From assembly GCA_963752645.1 (NCBI GenBank), contig CAVVZN010000014.1:502955-566954 (forward strand): a stretch of 64,000 nucleotides of DNA, written 5' to 3'. Made by a program: the position numbers and the translations under genes. The notes beneath the pieces are model-generated. The model had not been told where the DNA came from. It searched no databases and saw nothing but the letters and a program-made list of their open reading frames with translations. The DNA comes from an uncultured Actinomycetota bacterium (GTDB lineage Bacteria; Actinomycetota; Actinomycetes; Frankiales; Frankiaceae). Of the stretch, positions 9,106 to 18,336 are shown one piece after another (position 1 is the first letter of the stretch; each line of letters opens with the position of its first letter).

Positions 9106-10263
9106 ATGACCTTCGAGCAGACCAGGGTGCGGTTGCGCGACGTCGCTCGCCATCACGTCGAGGAGACCGACGTCCCCGGGCTCGTCGCCGTCGTCGCGTG
9201 CGGCGAGGACCTCCACGTCGAGGCACTCGGCACCCTGACCGTCGGCGAGGACCGTCCGGTGCGCCGCGATTCACAGTTCCGGATCTCCTCGGTGACCAAG
9301 CCGATCACGGCCGCGGCCGTGCTGGCGCTCGTCGACGAGGGCCTGCTGACGCTGGACCAGCCGGTCGATGACCTGCTGCCCGAACTCGCCCACCCGAGGG
9401 TCCTGCGCCGCCCGGACGGGCCGCTCGACGAGACGGTCCCGGCCGTGCGGCCGATCACCGTTCGCGACCTGCTGACCTACACCTACGGCTTCGGCATGGT
9501 CTTCGACATGTTCACGACGCCGCAGCCGTGGCCGGTGGTCGAGGCTTCCCACCGCCTGGGGCTCGGCACGATCGGGCCGCCCGATCCGGACCACACCGTG
9601 GCGCCCGAGGCGTGGCTCGCAGGCCTTGGCTCGCTCCCCCTGCTGGCACAGCCGGGCGACCAGTGGTTCTACCAGACCTCCGGAGCAGTCCTCGGGATGC
9701 TCGCGGCTCGGGCGACCGGGCTCCCGTTCCCCGATGTCCTGCGCACCCGCCTGTTCGATCCGCTGGGCATGCGCAGCACGGCGTTCTGGGCCGAGGATCC
9801 CTCGCGCCTCTCCACCGCCTACGGGTCCGGGCCGGACGGGCTGGTGGTGACCGACGAGCCCGACGGGTCGTGGAGCCACCCGCCGGCGTTCCCGGACGGC
9901 GGTGCGGGGCTGGTCTCGACCGCGGACGACCTGCTCGCGTTCTCGCGCATGCTGCTGCGCGGAGGAGCGCCCGTGCTGCGCCCGGAGACGGTGGCCGCGA
10001 TGACCACACCACAGCTGACCCCGGACCAGCAGGCGAGCCCCGCGGTGGGGCAGTTCATCGGGGACGGCAGCTGGGGGCTCGGGCTCGCGGTGCACCCGGA
10101 CGGGTCCTACGGGTGGACGGGCGGTTTCGGGCAGAACTGGCACGTCGACCCTGCGCGGGGTCTCGTCGTCATCACGCTGACGCAGCGCGCCTTCGACGGC
10201 CCGGACGCCCTGCCCGCCGTGCACGCTGACATCCTCGCGCTCGCACGATCCGGACTGAGCTGA
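9106..10263 (+). CDS. serine hydrolase, beta-lactamase/penicillin-binding-protein (class C-like) family
   Basis: SVTKPITAAAV (S-x-x-K), a YxN-like region and HTGGFGQNW near the C-terminus. 385 aa. Confidence 0.8.
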   Translation: MTFEQTRVRLRDVARHHVEETDVPGLVAVVACGEDLHVEALGTLTVGEDRPVRRDSQFRISSVTKPITAAAVLALVDEGLLTLDQPVDDLLPELAHPRVLRRPDGPLDETVPAVRPITVRDLLTYTYGFGMVFDMFTTPQPWPVVEASHRLGLGTIGPPDPDHTVAPEAWLAGLGSLPLLAQPGDQWFYQTSGAVLGMLAARATGLPFPDVLRTRLFDPLGMRSTAFWAEDPSRLSTAYGSGPDGLVVTDEPDGSWSHPPAFPDGGAGLVSTADDLLAFSRMLLRGGAPVLRPETVAAMTTPQLTPDQQASPAVGQFIGDGSWGLGLAVHPDGSYGWTGGFGQNWHVDPARGLVVITLTQRAFDGPDALPAVHADILALARSGLS

Positions 10264-10382
10264 TCTCCCCCCGATCTGTCATCGGCGGCTCGATCCGTGA
10301 AGCCCAGGGCGACGCCCGGGGACCTCGCGAGCACCGCGCCTGACGGCTCCCCCGTGAGCGGTGCCTCGTAGGGTCGCCGACC

Positions 10383-11051
10383 ATGACCTCTGCCACCGGC
10401 CCGCGGGCGGTTGCGGCGGCCTACAACGACGTCGCTGACCTCTATGCGGACCTGGCCCGGACCTACCTGGCCGGCGTACCGCTGGACCGGGCGCTGCTGG
10501 CTGCCTTCGCGGAACTCGTTCGTACCTCGGGTGCCGGCCTGGTTGCCGACGTCGGCTGCGGGCCGGGATACGGCACCGCACACCTCCGGGGCCTCGGGTT
10601 GGATGTCGTCGGCTTCGACGTCTCGACGGAGTTGCTCGAGATCGCGCGGACCGCCCATCCGGAGCTGCGGTTCGAACTCGCGTCCATGGACGCTCTGCCG
10701 CTCGTCGACGGGGCGGTCGTCGGGATCTCGTCGTGGTATTCGATCATCCACACCGCACCGGAGGACGTCTCCGCCTCCCTTCGCGAGTTCGCTCGGGTCC
10801 TCGCCTCGGGCGGTCACCTCGTCGTCGCGTTCTTCGAAGCGGAGGGCGGCCCGGTCTCGGCGTTCGATCACAAGGTGATCTCGGCCTACCGGTGGCCGAT
10901 CGGCGCGCTGGCTGGACTGGCCCACGACGCCGGCTTCGTCGAGGTCGGCCGCATGCTGCGGCCTCCGCTCGCCGGTGAGCGGTTCCGCCGCGGTCATCTG
11001 CTCCTGCGCCGTCTCGACAGCGGGACCACCTGCGACGTCAGCCCGGGCTGA
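10383..11051 (+). CDS. class I SAM-dependent methyltransferase
   Basis: VADVGCGPGYGTAHL (motif I) and LASGGHLVVAF (motif-II-like). 222 aa. Confidence 0.75.
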   Translation: MTSATGPRAVAAAYNDVADLYADLARTYLAGVPLDRALLAAFAELVRTSGAGLVADVGCGPGYGTAHLRGLGLDVVGFDVSTELLEIARTAHPELRFELASMDALPLVDGAVVGISSWYSIIHTAPEDVSASLREFARVLASGGHLVVAFFEAEGGPVSAFDHKVISAYRWPIGALAGLAHDAGFVEVGRMLRPPLAGERFRRGHLLLRRLDSGTTCDVSPG

Positions 11052-11958
11052 TCCCCCAGGCGCCGGTGAGCACCTCGCCCGGCTCGAGGACGACGAGCCC
11101 CTCCCCCGAGCGCAGCGCGTTCGCGGGGCAGGTCATCGGCTCGACCGCGAGCCCGTGACGCCGGCGCTCGTGCTGGGGCACAGTGTCACCGGTGAAGACC
11201 TGCAGGTAGCCGAAGGTCTCGTCGGCCCACAGCGTCGTCCGGCCCGCGGGCCCGTCGAGCACGACGCGAGCGACGGCATCCGTACGCGCGAGGCCGGTGT
11301 AAGGGGTGTCGAGGAGCTGGTCCCCGATGCGGCGGGGTGAGCGGAAGTCGTAGCTGCCGCCGCTTGAAGCCGCCTGGTCGACACCGTGCTCGGCGACCGG
11401 CAGCCCTCGGTCGTCGACCTCGAGCCATCGCGAGGCGGGCACGGTCAGCGTGCACTCGTCGACCGGCCCGGCGGCGGACAGGTAGGGGTGGAAGCCGATG
11501 CCGAGGGGCGCGGGCCCGTCGGTACGGTTCTCGACCCGGACCTCGACGGCGAGTCCGGTGTCGGTCAGCCGGTAGCGCAGCTCGGCGGCGAGGCGGAACG
11601 GGTAGCCCGTCTGCGGGTGCAGCACGTGCCGGGCGACGGCGGTGGCGTCGTCCTCCTGCGTCAGCTGCCAACCACTCCACCGGACGAGGCCGTGGTTGGC
11701 GTTGTTGCGCTTGACCTCGGTGATGCCGAGCTGCTGGTCGTTCCCCTGCCACGGCCAGCGGCCGTCCTCGACCCGGTTCGGCCACGGCAGCAGGACCTGC
11801 CCGCGCCCGGCGGAGGCCATCTCGTCCACGGCGTAGCCGTCGAGGATCTCGCGGTCACCGACGCGGTAGGTCCGCAGACCACCCCCCACTTCGACGACGG
11901 TGACGACCGCGTCACCGAGCCGGAGCTCGACCTGCTCACCTGACGGCTGGAACGGCAT
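11038..11958 (-). CDS. aldose 1-epimerase (galactose mutarotase-like) family protein
   Basis: MPFQPSGEQVELRLGDAVVTVVEVGGGLRTY...GFHPYLS...NAL... The start is in frame with track ORF 11038..12576. Confidence 0.75.
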   Translation of the reverse strand: MPFQPSGEQVELRLGDAVVTVVEVGGGLRTYRVGDREILDGYAVDEMASAGRGQVLLPWPNRVEDGRWPWQGNDQQLGITEVKRNNANHGLVRWSGWQLTQEDDATAVARHVLHPQTGYPFRLAAELRYRLTDTGLAVEVRVENRTDGPAPLGIGFHPYLSAAGPVDECTLTVPASRWLEVDDRGLPVAEHGVDQAASSGGSYDFRSPRRIGDQLLDTPYTGLARTDAVARVVLDGPAGRTTLWADETFGYLQVFTGDTVPQHERRRHGLAVEPMTCPANALRSGEGLVVLEPGEVLTGAWGISPG

Positions 11959-13325
11959 CCGTGACCTCCCGGTACAGCTCGGCGACCCGCTCGGCTGCGG
12001 CACGCCACGAATAGTCGGCGCGGACGAGCCGCAGCCCGTTCGCACCGCGACGGCGCCGCTCGCCGGCGTCCTCCGCGACAGCGGCGAGCGCGTCGACGAG
12101 CGGGTCGGCCTCGTCCGGCGGGACCAGCCAGCCGTTCGCCCGGTCCCCGTCGCCCACCACGAACGACAGCGGACCACCGTCGGCCGCGGCGACGACCGGC
12201 AGACCCGCCGCCATCGCCTCGAGGAACACCTGCCCGAAGGCCTCCCCGACCGACGGCGACACCAACGCGTCGGCGCACGCCAACCCGACCGGCAGCTCGT
12301 CGTGGCCGCGCCACCCGATGAGGAAAACGCCCTCGATCCGCTCGCGCGCCACGACGGTGGCAGGGTGCTCGCCTTCCCACTCACCGGGATGTCCACCCCA
12401 GATGACCAGCGGAGCACGGACGCCTCGCTCGTGGCGGGCCCGCCCGTAGGCCCGCAGCAGCAATGGCAACCGCTTCGGCTCGGTGAAGCGGCCGACGAAC
12501 AGCAGGACCGGCAGCTCGGGGTCGGCCAGCGGCGCGAGGTCGGCGTCGGTGTAGCGGATGCTGCCCGGCTCGGCATCCTGCGCCCAGCCGAGTGGTTCGG
12601 TCACCAGCCATCGCCGGAACCACGACAGCCGCTGCTCGCGGGACAACGTGCCGGGGCGGAACCGCTCGGTGTCGACTCCGTGCGGCACGACGGCGATGTG
12701 CTGCGGGTCGAGGTCGAACAACGACGACGCGCGTTCCCGGTCCCGCGGCGACACGACGAGCAGCCGTTCGGCCGCGCGTGCCCAGCCGGTGAGTCGCCGG
12801 TCCCACGCGTCGGCGTACGGCCAGCCGGCGGGGTTGCCACGACGGATGGCCTCGAGCATGAGCATCTCGGTGCCGTGCAGGTTCGCGACCACCGGCAGCC
12901 TTCGTCCGAGCTGCGCCACGGCGGCGGCCATCGGGGTCAGGTGGTGCAGATGCGCCACGGTCACGGACGGGTTGTCCGCGGTGCGGAACGCCGTCGACCA
13001 CGCCGTCGACCTGCCGGTCGAGCAGTCGGTCGTCGAGCGTGGCGAACACGCGGTCGGGTGCCCCGGCGCGGTCCTCGTAGGACGGATGCAGCGGTACCGG
13101 CTGGTCGAGCGGATCCTCGCCCTGCCCGATGGCGGCGAGTGCCGGGGTGAAGTCGACGGCGGACAGGTCCTGGCCTGCGAAGAAGTCGGACGCGTTCCCC
13201 GCTTCACCGGTGCCGCCCCGTGACCCGGTGACGAGTCGGACGGGCCAGCCCAGGGCACCCAGCGCTGGTGCGAGGTAGCGGACGACCTGTGCGGAGCCGC
13301 CCCGGGGCCAGAACATCAGCCCCAT
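11936..13325 (-). pseudogene. glycosyltransferase family 4 (GT-B, RfaG/MshA-like), disrupted by a +1 frameshift near 12990 in this sequence
   Basis: N-terminal domain in one frame: LMGLMFWPRGGSAQVVRYLAPALGALGWPVRLVTGS...LDDRLLDRQVDG. The rest is in the +1 frame: SVTVAHLHHLTPMAAAVAQLGRRLPVVANLHGTE...EAFGQVFLEAMAAGLPVV. Span 1390 nt, i.e. 3n+1. Confidence 0.5.
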
Positions 13326-13354
13326 GAGCACGCGCGGCTCGACCGGCGGCGCGC

Positions 13355-13549
13355 TCACCCGCCGGACGGGTGCAGCGGTGGCGTGATGAAGGTGCGCTTC
13401 TGGCACGAGCGGCAGACCGCGACCTGCGCGCCCGGCTCCTCCTCGGTGACGCCGAAGCGGCTCAGCAGGATCGTGGCTTCGCACCACGAGCAGTCCACCC
13501 AGGGTCCATCGGGCAACGGTCCGTCGGCGAGGGCGTCGAAACCGCTCAC
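13355..13549 (-). CDS. small zinc-ribbon protein (64 aa, CxxC...CxxC), hypothetical
   Basis: GTG at 13549 overlaps the upstream TGA (GTGA). Sequence VSGFDALADGPLPDGPWVDCSWCEATILLSRFGVTEEEPGAQVAVCRSCQKRTFITPPLHPSGG. Strong GC3 bias. The track shows it only as the tail of a longer Arg-rich ORF. Confidence 0.45.
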   Translation of the reverse strand: MSGFDALADGPLPDGPWVDCSWCEATILLSRFGVTEEEPGAQVAVCRSCQKRTFITPPLHPSGG

Positions 13550-14127
13550 GCCGAGGGCGCAGCGGACGGGTCGCGACCGAGGAAGCCGACCAGCCGATCG
13601 ACCGCAGGAGCGTCGTCGGCGACCGGGACCTCGTCGCCGAAGGACTTGTCCGGGCCACGGTAGGCGGGGGTCAGGAACTGGCGTCCCGCAGCGAGGGCCG
13701 CCTCGGCCTCCCCTTCGACGTAGGGCACCGGCTGCCCGGTCGCCACCGCGAGGTCCCAGCCGTGGCCGACGTACTCCATGAGCATCATGCCGAGCACCAT
13801 CGAGCCCGGGATCGGGGCGCCCATCAGCGTGATCGGCCGGTCCGCGGCCCCGCCGCGGAAGGCAGCGACGGCATGCCGCCCGGCCAGCGCGAACTGCTCG
13901 GCCTCGATCGCGGGCCAACCCTCGCTGCTGTTCGCCGGAGGAGGCGGCGGGTCGCCGTCGAGGCTGGTGGCGAAGGTCGTCAGCCACTGCACGAGGTGGT
14001 TCGTCAGGCCCTCGACGTCGAGCTCGGGGCAGGGGGTCGGTCGGTGAGCGGCCTCAGGCGGCACGTCGGCGAGCAGGGTCGACGTCTTCACCAGCACGGA
14101 GTCGAGGAGATCGACGTTCTCGCTCAC
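13546..14127 (-). CDS. TIGR03086-type metal-binding protein (mycothiol-dependent maleylpyruvate isomerase N-terminal domain / DinB superfamily)
   Basis: 193 aa: MSENVDLLDSVLVKTSTLLADVPPEAAHRPTPCPELDVEGLTNHLV... Confidence 0.65.
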   Translation of the reverse strand: MSENVDLLDSVLVKTSTLLADVPPEAAHRPTPCPELDVEGLTNHLVQWLTTFATSLDGDPPPPPANSSEGWPAIEAEQFALAGRHAVAAFRGGAADRPITLMGAPIPGSMVLGMMLMEYVGHGWDLAVATGQPVPYVEGEAEAALAAGRQFLTPAYRGPDKSFGDEVPVADDAPAVDRLVGFLGRDPSAAPSA

Positions 14128-14214
14128 GGCGACAACCTAACAGCGGTGCGAGGATCGGCACCATGCTCGGACCGGTGTTGCGCGGCCGCACGAAACCGGC
14201 AGAGTAGACCGGCG

Positions 14215-14679
14215 ATGAGCGACACCAGCGACACCCCCCGCATCCCCGTCACCTACGACCACTGCGACCACATCCCGGGTCCGTTCTTCCACGGAACGAA
14301 GTCGGTGCTCGCCGTGGGCGACGAGCTGATCGCCGGCTACGGCTCCAACTTCCAGTCGGGCCGGGTCTCGAACAACATCTACTTCACCGCTCTCGTGCCG
14401 ACGGCCGCCTGGGGAGCGCAGCTCGCCGCCGCGCTCGCGGGCAGCAGCGAGCGCGGCCACATCTACGTCGTCGAGCCGCTCGGTCCGTTCGAGGACGACC
14501 CCAACGTGACCGACAAGAAGTTCCCGGGCAACGTGACGGAGTCCTACCGCACGCGCCACCCGCTCCGGGTCGTCCGCGAGCTCGAGACCTGGGAGCCCCA
14601 CCCGCCGGAGGCCGTGGCCGGGATGCTCGCCGGCCTCGCGCGGTTGCGGGAGCAGGGCCTCGACGTGATCATCGACTGA
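14215..14679 (+). CDS. arr: NAD(+)--rifampin ADP-ribosyltransferase Arr
   Basis: GPFFHGTKSVLAVGDELIAGYGSNFQSGRVSNNIYFTALVPTAAWGAQLAAALAG...GHIYVVEPLGPFEDDPNVTDKKFPGNVTESYRTRHPLRVV closely matches Arr-ms-type enzymes. 154 aa. Confidence 0.85.
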   Translation: MSDTSDTPRIPVTYDHCDHIPGPFFHGTKSVLAVGDELIAGYGSNFQSGRVSNNIYFTALVPTAAWGAQLAAALAGSSERGHIYVVEPLGPFEDDPNVTDKKFPGNVTESYRTRHPLRVVRELETWEPHPPEAVAGMLAGLARLREQGLDVIID

Positions 14680-14688
14680 CGCCTGCGG

Positions 14689-16329
14689 CTAGCGCTGCTC
14701 GACGACCTGTCCTGCGTGGACGTGCAGGTGACGGGTGGTGTGCACGGCCTCCAGCATCCGCCGGTCGTGGGTCACGAGCAGCAGCGTGCCGGGGTAGGAG
14801 TCCAGCGCCGACTCGAGCTGCTCGATCGCCGGGAGGTCCAGGTGGTTGGTCGGCTCGTCGAGCACGAGCAGGTTGACGCCCTTGGCCTGCAGCAGCGCGA
14901 GCGCCGCCCGGGTCCGCTCCCCCGGCGACAACGACGAAGCGGGACGCACGACGTGGTCGGCGCGGAGACCGAACTTGGCGAGCAGCGTGCGGATGTCGGC
15001 GGGCGCGAGGTCGGGGACGTCGTCGCGGAACGTCTCCGCGAACGGCCGCTCGCCGAGGAAGCGGCGCCGGGCCTGGTCGACCTCACCGACGACGACACCC
15101 GGGCCCAGCGACGCGGACCCCTCGTCCAGCGGCAGGCGACCGAGCAGGGCCGCGAGCAGCGTCGACTTGCCGCTGCCGTTCGCGCCGGTGACGGCGACGC
15201 GGTCGGCCCAGTCGATCTGCAGGTCGACCGGCCCGAGCCGGAACGCCCCGCGCTGCACGACGGCCCCACGCAGGGTGGCGACGACGGCGCCGGCGCGCGG
15301 AGCGGCCGCGATCGTCATCTGCAGCTCCCACTCCTTGCGGGGCTCGTCGACGACGTCGAGACGCTCGATCATGCGGTCGGTCTGCGCCGCCTTCGCGGCC
15401 TGCTTCTCGCTGGCCTCGCCGCGGAACTTGGCACCGATCTTGTCGTTGTCCGGTGCCTTGCGCCGCGCGTTGCGGACGCCCTTGGCCATCCACGCGCGCT
15501 GCGTCCGACCGCGCTCCTCCAGCGAGCTCCGGGTGTCGGCGTACTGCTCGTAGGCCTCGCGGGCATGACGCCGGGCGACCTCACGCTCGTCGAGGTAGGA
15601 GGCGTAACTCCCGCCGAAGACGCGGACCTGCTGCTGAGCGAGGTCGATCTCGACAACGCTGTTCACCGTCCGGGTCAGGAACTCCCGGTCGTGGCTCACG
15701 AGGACGACGCCGGCGCGCAGGCCGGTGACGAACTCCTCGAGCCGCCGCAGCCCGTCGAGGTCGAGGTCGTTGGTCGGCTCGTCGAGCAGGAACACGTCGT
15801 AGCGCGAGAGCAGCAGCGAGGCGAGCCCTGCCCGCGCCGCCTGCCCGCCGGACAGGCTCGTCATCGCCGCCTGCAGGTCGATCGTGAGGCCGAGGTCGGC
15901 CGCCACCTGCTCCGCCCGCTCCTCGAGGTCTGCGCCACCGAGGTCGAGCCACCGCTCGAGCGCCGTCGAGTACCGGTCGTCCGCGCCGGCACCACCCTCG
16001 GCGAGCGCCTCGGCGGCGGCGTCCATCTCGGTCTGCGCCGCCCCGACCCCGGTGCGGCGCAGCAGGAAGGCGTGGACGGTCTCGCCGGGCCGTCGCTCCG
16101 GCTCCTGCGGCAGGTAGCCGACGCTGGCGGTCGACGGGCTCAGCGAGATGGCGCCCTGCTCGGGACGATCGAGGCCGGCGAGCATGCGGAGCAGCGTCGA
16201 CTTGCCGGCGCCGTTGGCGCCGACGAGGCCGATGACGTCGCCCGGCGCGACCACGAGGTCGAGGCCGGCGAACAGGCTGCGGGCTCCGTGGCCGGCGGAG
16301 AGGTCCTTCGCGACCAGCGTTGCACTCAC
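14689..16329 (-). CDS. ABC-F family ATPase (tandem ABC domains, no transmembrane domain)
   Basis: Two Walker A/signature sets: GANGAGKST / LSGGQAARAGLASLL...LLDEPTNDLD and GANGSGKST / LSPGERTRAALALLQ...LVLDEPTNHLD. Start set at GTG 16329 (VSATLVAKDL) because the longer ORF to 16482 would overlap prpE by ~100 nt. Confidence 0.75.
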   Translation of the reverse strand: MSATLVAKDLSAGHGARSLFAGLDLVVAPGDVIGLVGANGAGKSTLLRMLAGLDRPEQGAISLSPSTASVGYLPQEPERRPGETVHAFLLRRTGVGAAQTEMDAAAEALAEGGAGADDRYSTALERWLDLGGADLEERAEQVAADLGLTIDLQAAMTSLSGGQAARAGLASLLLSRYDVFLLDEPTNDLDLDGLRRLEEFVTGLRAGVVLVSHDREFLTRTVNSVVEIDLAQQQVRVFGGSYASYLDEREVARRHAREAYEQYADTRSSLEERGRTQRAWMAKGVRNARRKAPDNDKIGAKFRGEASEKQAAKAAQTDRMIERLDVVDEPRKEWELQMTIAAAPRAGAVVATLRGAVVQRGAFRLGPVDLQIDWADRVAVTGANGSGKSTLLAALLGRLPLDEGSASLGPGVVVGEVDQARRRFLGERPFAETFRDDVPDLAPADIRTLLAKFGLRADHVVRPASSLSPGERTRAALALLQAKGVNLLVLDEPTNHLDLPAIEQLESALDSYPGTLLLVTHDRRMLEAVHTTRHLHVHAGQVVEQR

Positions 16330-16384
16330 CCGCTGGACGCTAGTGGATGTCCGGAGCTCGCTCGACCGGGTTCCCCGCTGCCTC

Positions 16385-18283
16385 CTACTGCGGCGGGGCC
16401 GCGCCGATGCCGCCCAGCGCCTCGCGCATCTCGTCGAGCGCAGTTGGGTCCTCGATGGTCGCGGGGGGCTCGAAATCGACACCGTCCACGATGGAGCGCA
16501 TCGGGGCGCGCAGGATCTTGCCGGAACGGGTCTTGGGCAGGCGCTTGACGATGCGCACGTCCTTCGGCGTCGCGATCGCCCCGATCTCGTCGCGGATGCG
16601 CTGCCGCAGCTCGGCGCGCAGCTCGTCGTGGTCGCGGTCGACGCCCCCTGCCAGCACCACCACTGCCAGCGGCATCTGTCCCTTCATCGAGTCGGCGATG
16701 CCGAAGGCCGCGGCCTCGGCGACGTCCGGGTGGTTGGCGAGCACCTCCTCGATCGCGCCGGTGGAGAGACGGTGCCCGGCGACGTTCATGACGTCGTCGG
16801 TGCGGCCCATCACGAACACGTAGCCGTCGGGGTCGATCATCCCGCCGTCGTGGGTCGTGTAGTAGCCCGGGAACGCGCTCATGTAGCTGTCGACGAAGCG
16901 CTCGTCGTCGTGCCACAGCCGCGGGAAGGTGCCGGGTGGCAGCGGCAGTCTGGTCGCCAGGGTGCCGATCGTGCCGTTCGGCACGGGCTGCCCGGTGTCG
17001 TCGAGGACCTGCAGGTCGTAGCCGGGCATCGGGAACGTGGCCGAGCCCGGCTTCGGCGTGACCGGTTCCAGCCCGCGGGGGTTGCCGGCGATGGCCCAGC
17101 CGGTCTCGGTCTGCCACCAGTGGTCGATGACGGGTTTGCCGAGGGTGTCGGTCGCCCACTGGTAGGTGTCCGGGTCCAACCGCTCACCGGCCTGGAACAA
17201 CGTCGCGAACGACGACAGGTCGTGCTGGGCCAGCAGCTCGCCCTTCGGGTCCTGCCCGCGGACGGCGCGGAGCGCGGTGGGGGCGCAGAACAGCGCCTTC
17301 ACGCCGTGCTGGGCGCAGACCCGCCAGAACGCCCCCGCATCCGGGGTGCCGACGGGCTTGCCCTCGTAGAGCACCGTCGTACAGCCCAGAAGCAACGGCC
17401 CGTAGACGATGTAGGAGTGGCCGACGACCCAGCCGATGTCGGACGCGGTGAAGAACGTGTCCTCGGGCGTGAGGTCGTAGTGGTTGGTCATCGTCCAGCG
17501 CAGGGCGACGGCGTGGCCGCCGTTGTCGCGCACGATGCCCTTCGGCCGGCCGGTGGTGCCGGAGGTGTAGAGGATGTAGAGCGGATCCGTCGCCGCGACC
17601 GGTACGCAGTCGGCCGGCTGCGCCGAGGCGACGAGCGACGCCCAGTCGTGGTCCCGGCCGTCGGTGAGGGACGCCTCGGCCTGCGGCCGCTGCAGGATCA
17701 CGCAGGCGTCGACGGTGTGCGACGAGAGCTCGAGCGCCTTGTCCAGCAGCGGCTTGTACTCGAGGACGCGCGTCGCCTCCACGCCGCAGGAGGCCGAGAG
17801 CACGACCTTCGGCTGGGCGTCGTCGATCCGCTTCGCGAGCTGACTCGACGCGAAGCCGCCGAAGACGACCGAGTGGACGGCGCCGAGCCGGGCGCAGGCC
17901 AGCATGCCCATGACGGCCTGCGGGACCATCGGCATGTAGATGACGACGCGGTCGCCCTTCCCGACGCCGAGCGAGACCAGGGCCCCGGCCAGCCGTGACA
18001 CCTCGTCGAGCAGGTCGGCGTAGGTGAAGGTCTGGACGGTCTCGGTGACCGGGCTGTCGTAGACCAGGGCCGCGCGATCGCCGTGGCCCGCGTCGACGTG
18101 CCGGTCGAGGCAGTTGTGGCAGGTGTTGAGCTCGCCCCCGACGAACCAGCGGGTGAACGGCTCCTCGGAATTGTCGAGCACCTGGTCGGCCGGCCGATAC
18201 CAGTCGATCAGCTCGGCCTGCTCCGCCCAGAACCCCTCCGGGTCTTCGAGGCTGCGTCGGTAGGTCGTCTCGTAGGCACCCAT
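16385..18283 (-). CDS. prpE: propionyl-CoA synthetase / acetyl-CoA-synthetase-like AMP-forming acyl-CoA ligase
   Basis: 632 aa. N-terminus ...FWAEQAELIDWYRPADQVLDNSEEPFTRWFVGGELNTCHNCLDRH. AMP-binding motif YTSGTTGRPKG. Confidence 0.7.
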   Translation of the reverse strand: MGAYETTYRRSLEDPEGFWAEQAELIDWYRPADQVLDNSEEPFTRWFVGGELNTCHNCLDRHVDAGHGDRAALVYDSPVTETVQTFTYADLLDEVSRLAGALVSLGVGKGDRVVIYMPMVPQAVMGMLACARLGAVHSVVFGGFASSQLAKRIDDAQPKVVLSASCGVEATRVLEYKPLLDKALELSSHTVDACVILQRPQAEASLTDGRDHDWASLVASAQPADCVPVAATDPLYILYTSGTTGRPKGIVRDNGGHAVALRWTMTNHYDLTPEDTFFTASDIGWVVGHSYIVYGPLLLGCTTVLYEGKPVGTPDAGAFWRVCAQHGVKALFCAPTALRAVRGQDPKGELLAQHDLSSFATLFQAGERLDPDTYQWATDTLGKPVIDHWWQTETGWAIAGNPRGLEPVTPKPGSATFPMPGYDLQVLDDTGQPVPNGTIGTLATRLPLPPGTFPRLWHDDERFVDSYMSAFPGYYTTHDGGMIDPDGYVFVMGRTDDVMNVAGHRLSTGAIEEVLANHPDVAEAAAFGIADSMKGQMPLAVVVLAGGVDRDHDELRAELRQRIRDEIGAIATPKDVRIVKRLPKTRSGKILRAPMRSIVDGVDFEPPATIEDPTALDEMREALGGIGAAPPQ

Positions 18284-18336
18284 GGCCGCAGTCTCGCACC
18301 GGGTGCACGGCTGGCGTCCAGGGGTAGGCGGAGGAC

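Noticed and set aside
14215-16329. arr and the ABC-F gene as one operon
   Set aside because: They are convergent (plus and minus) and so cannot be co-transcribed. Treated as neighbouring resistance-type genes only.
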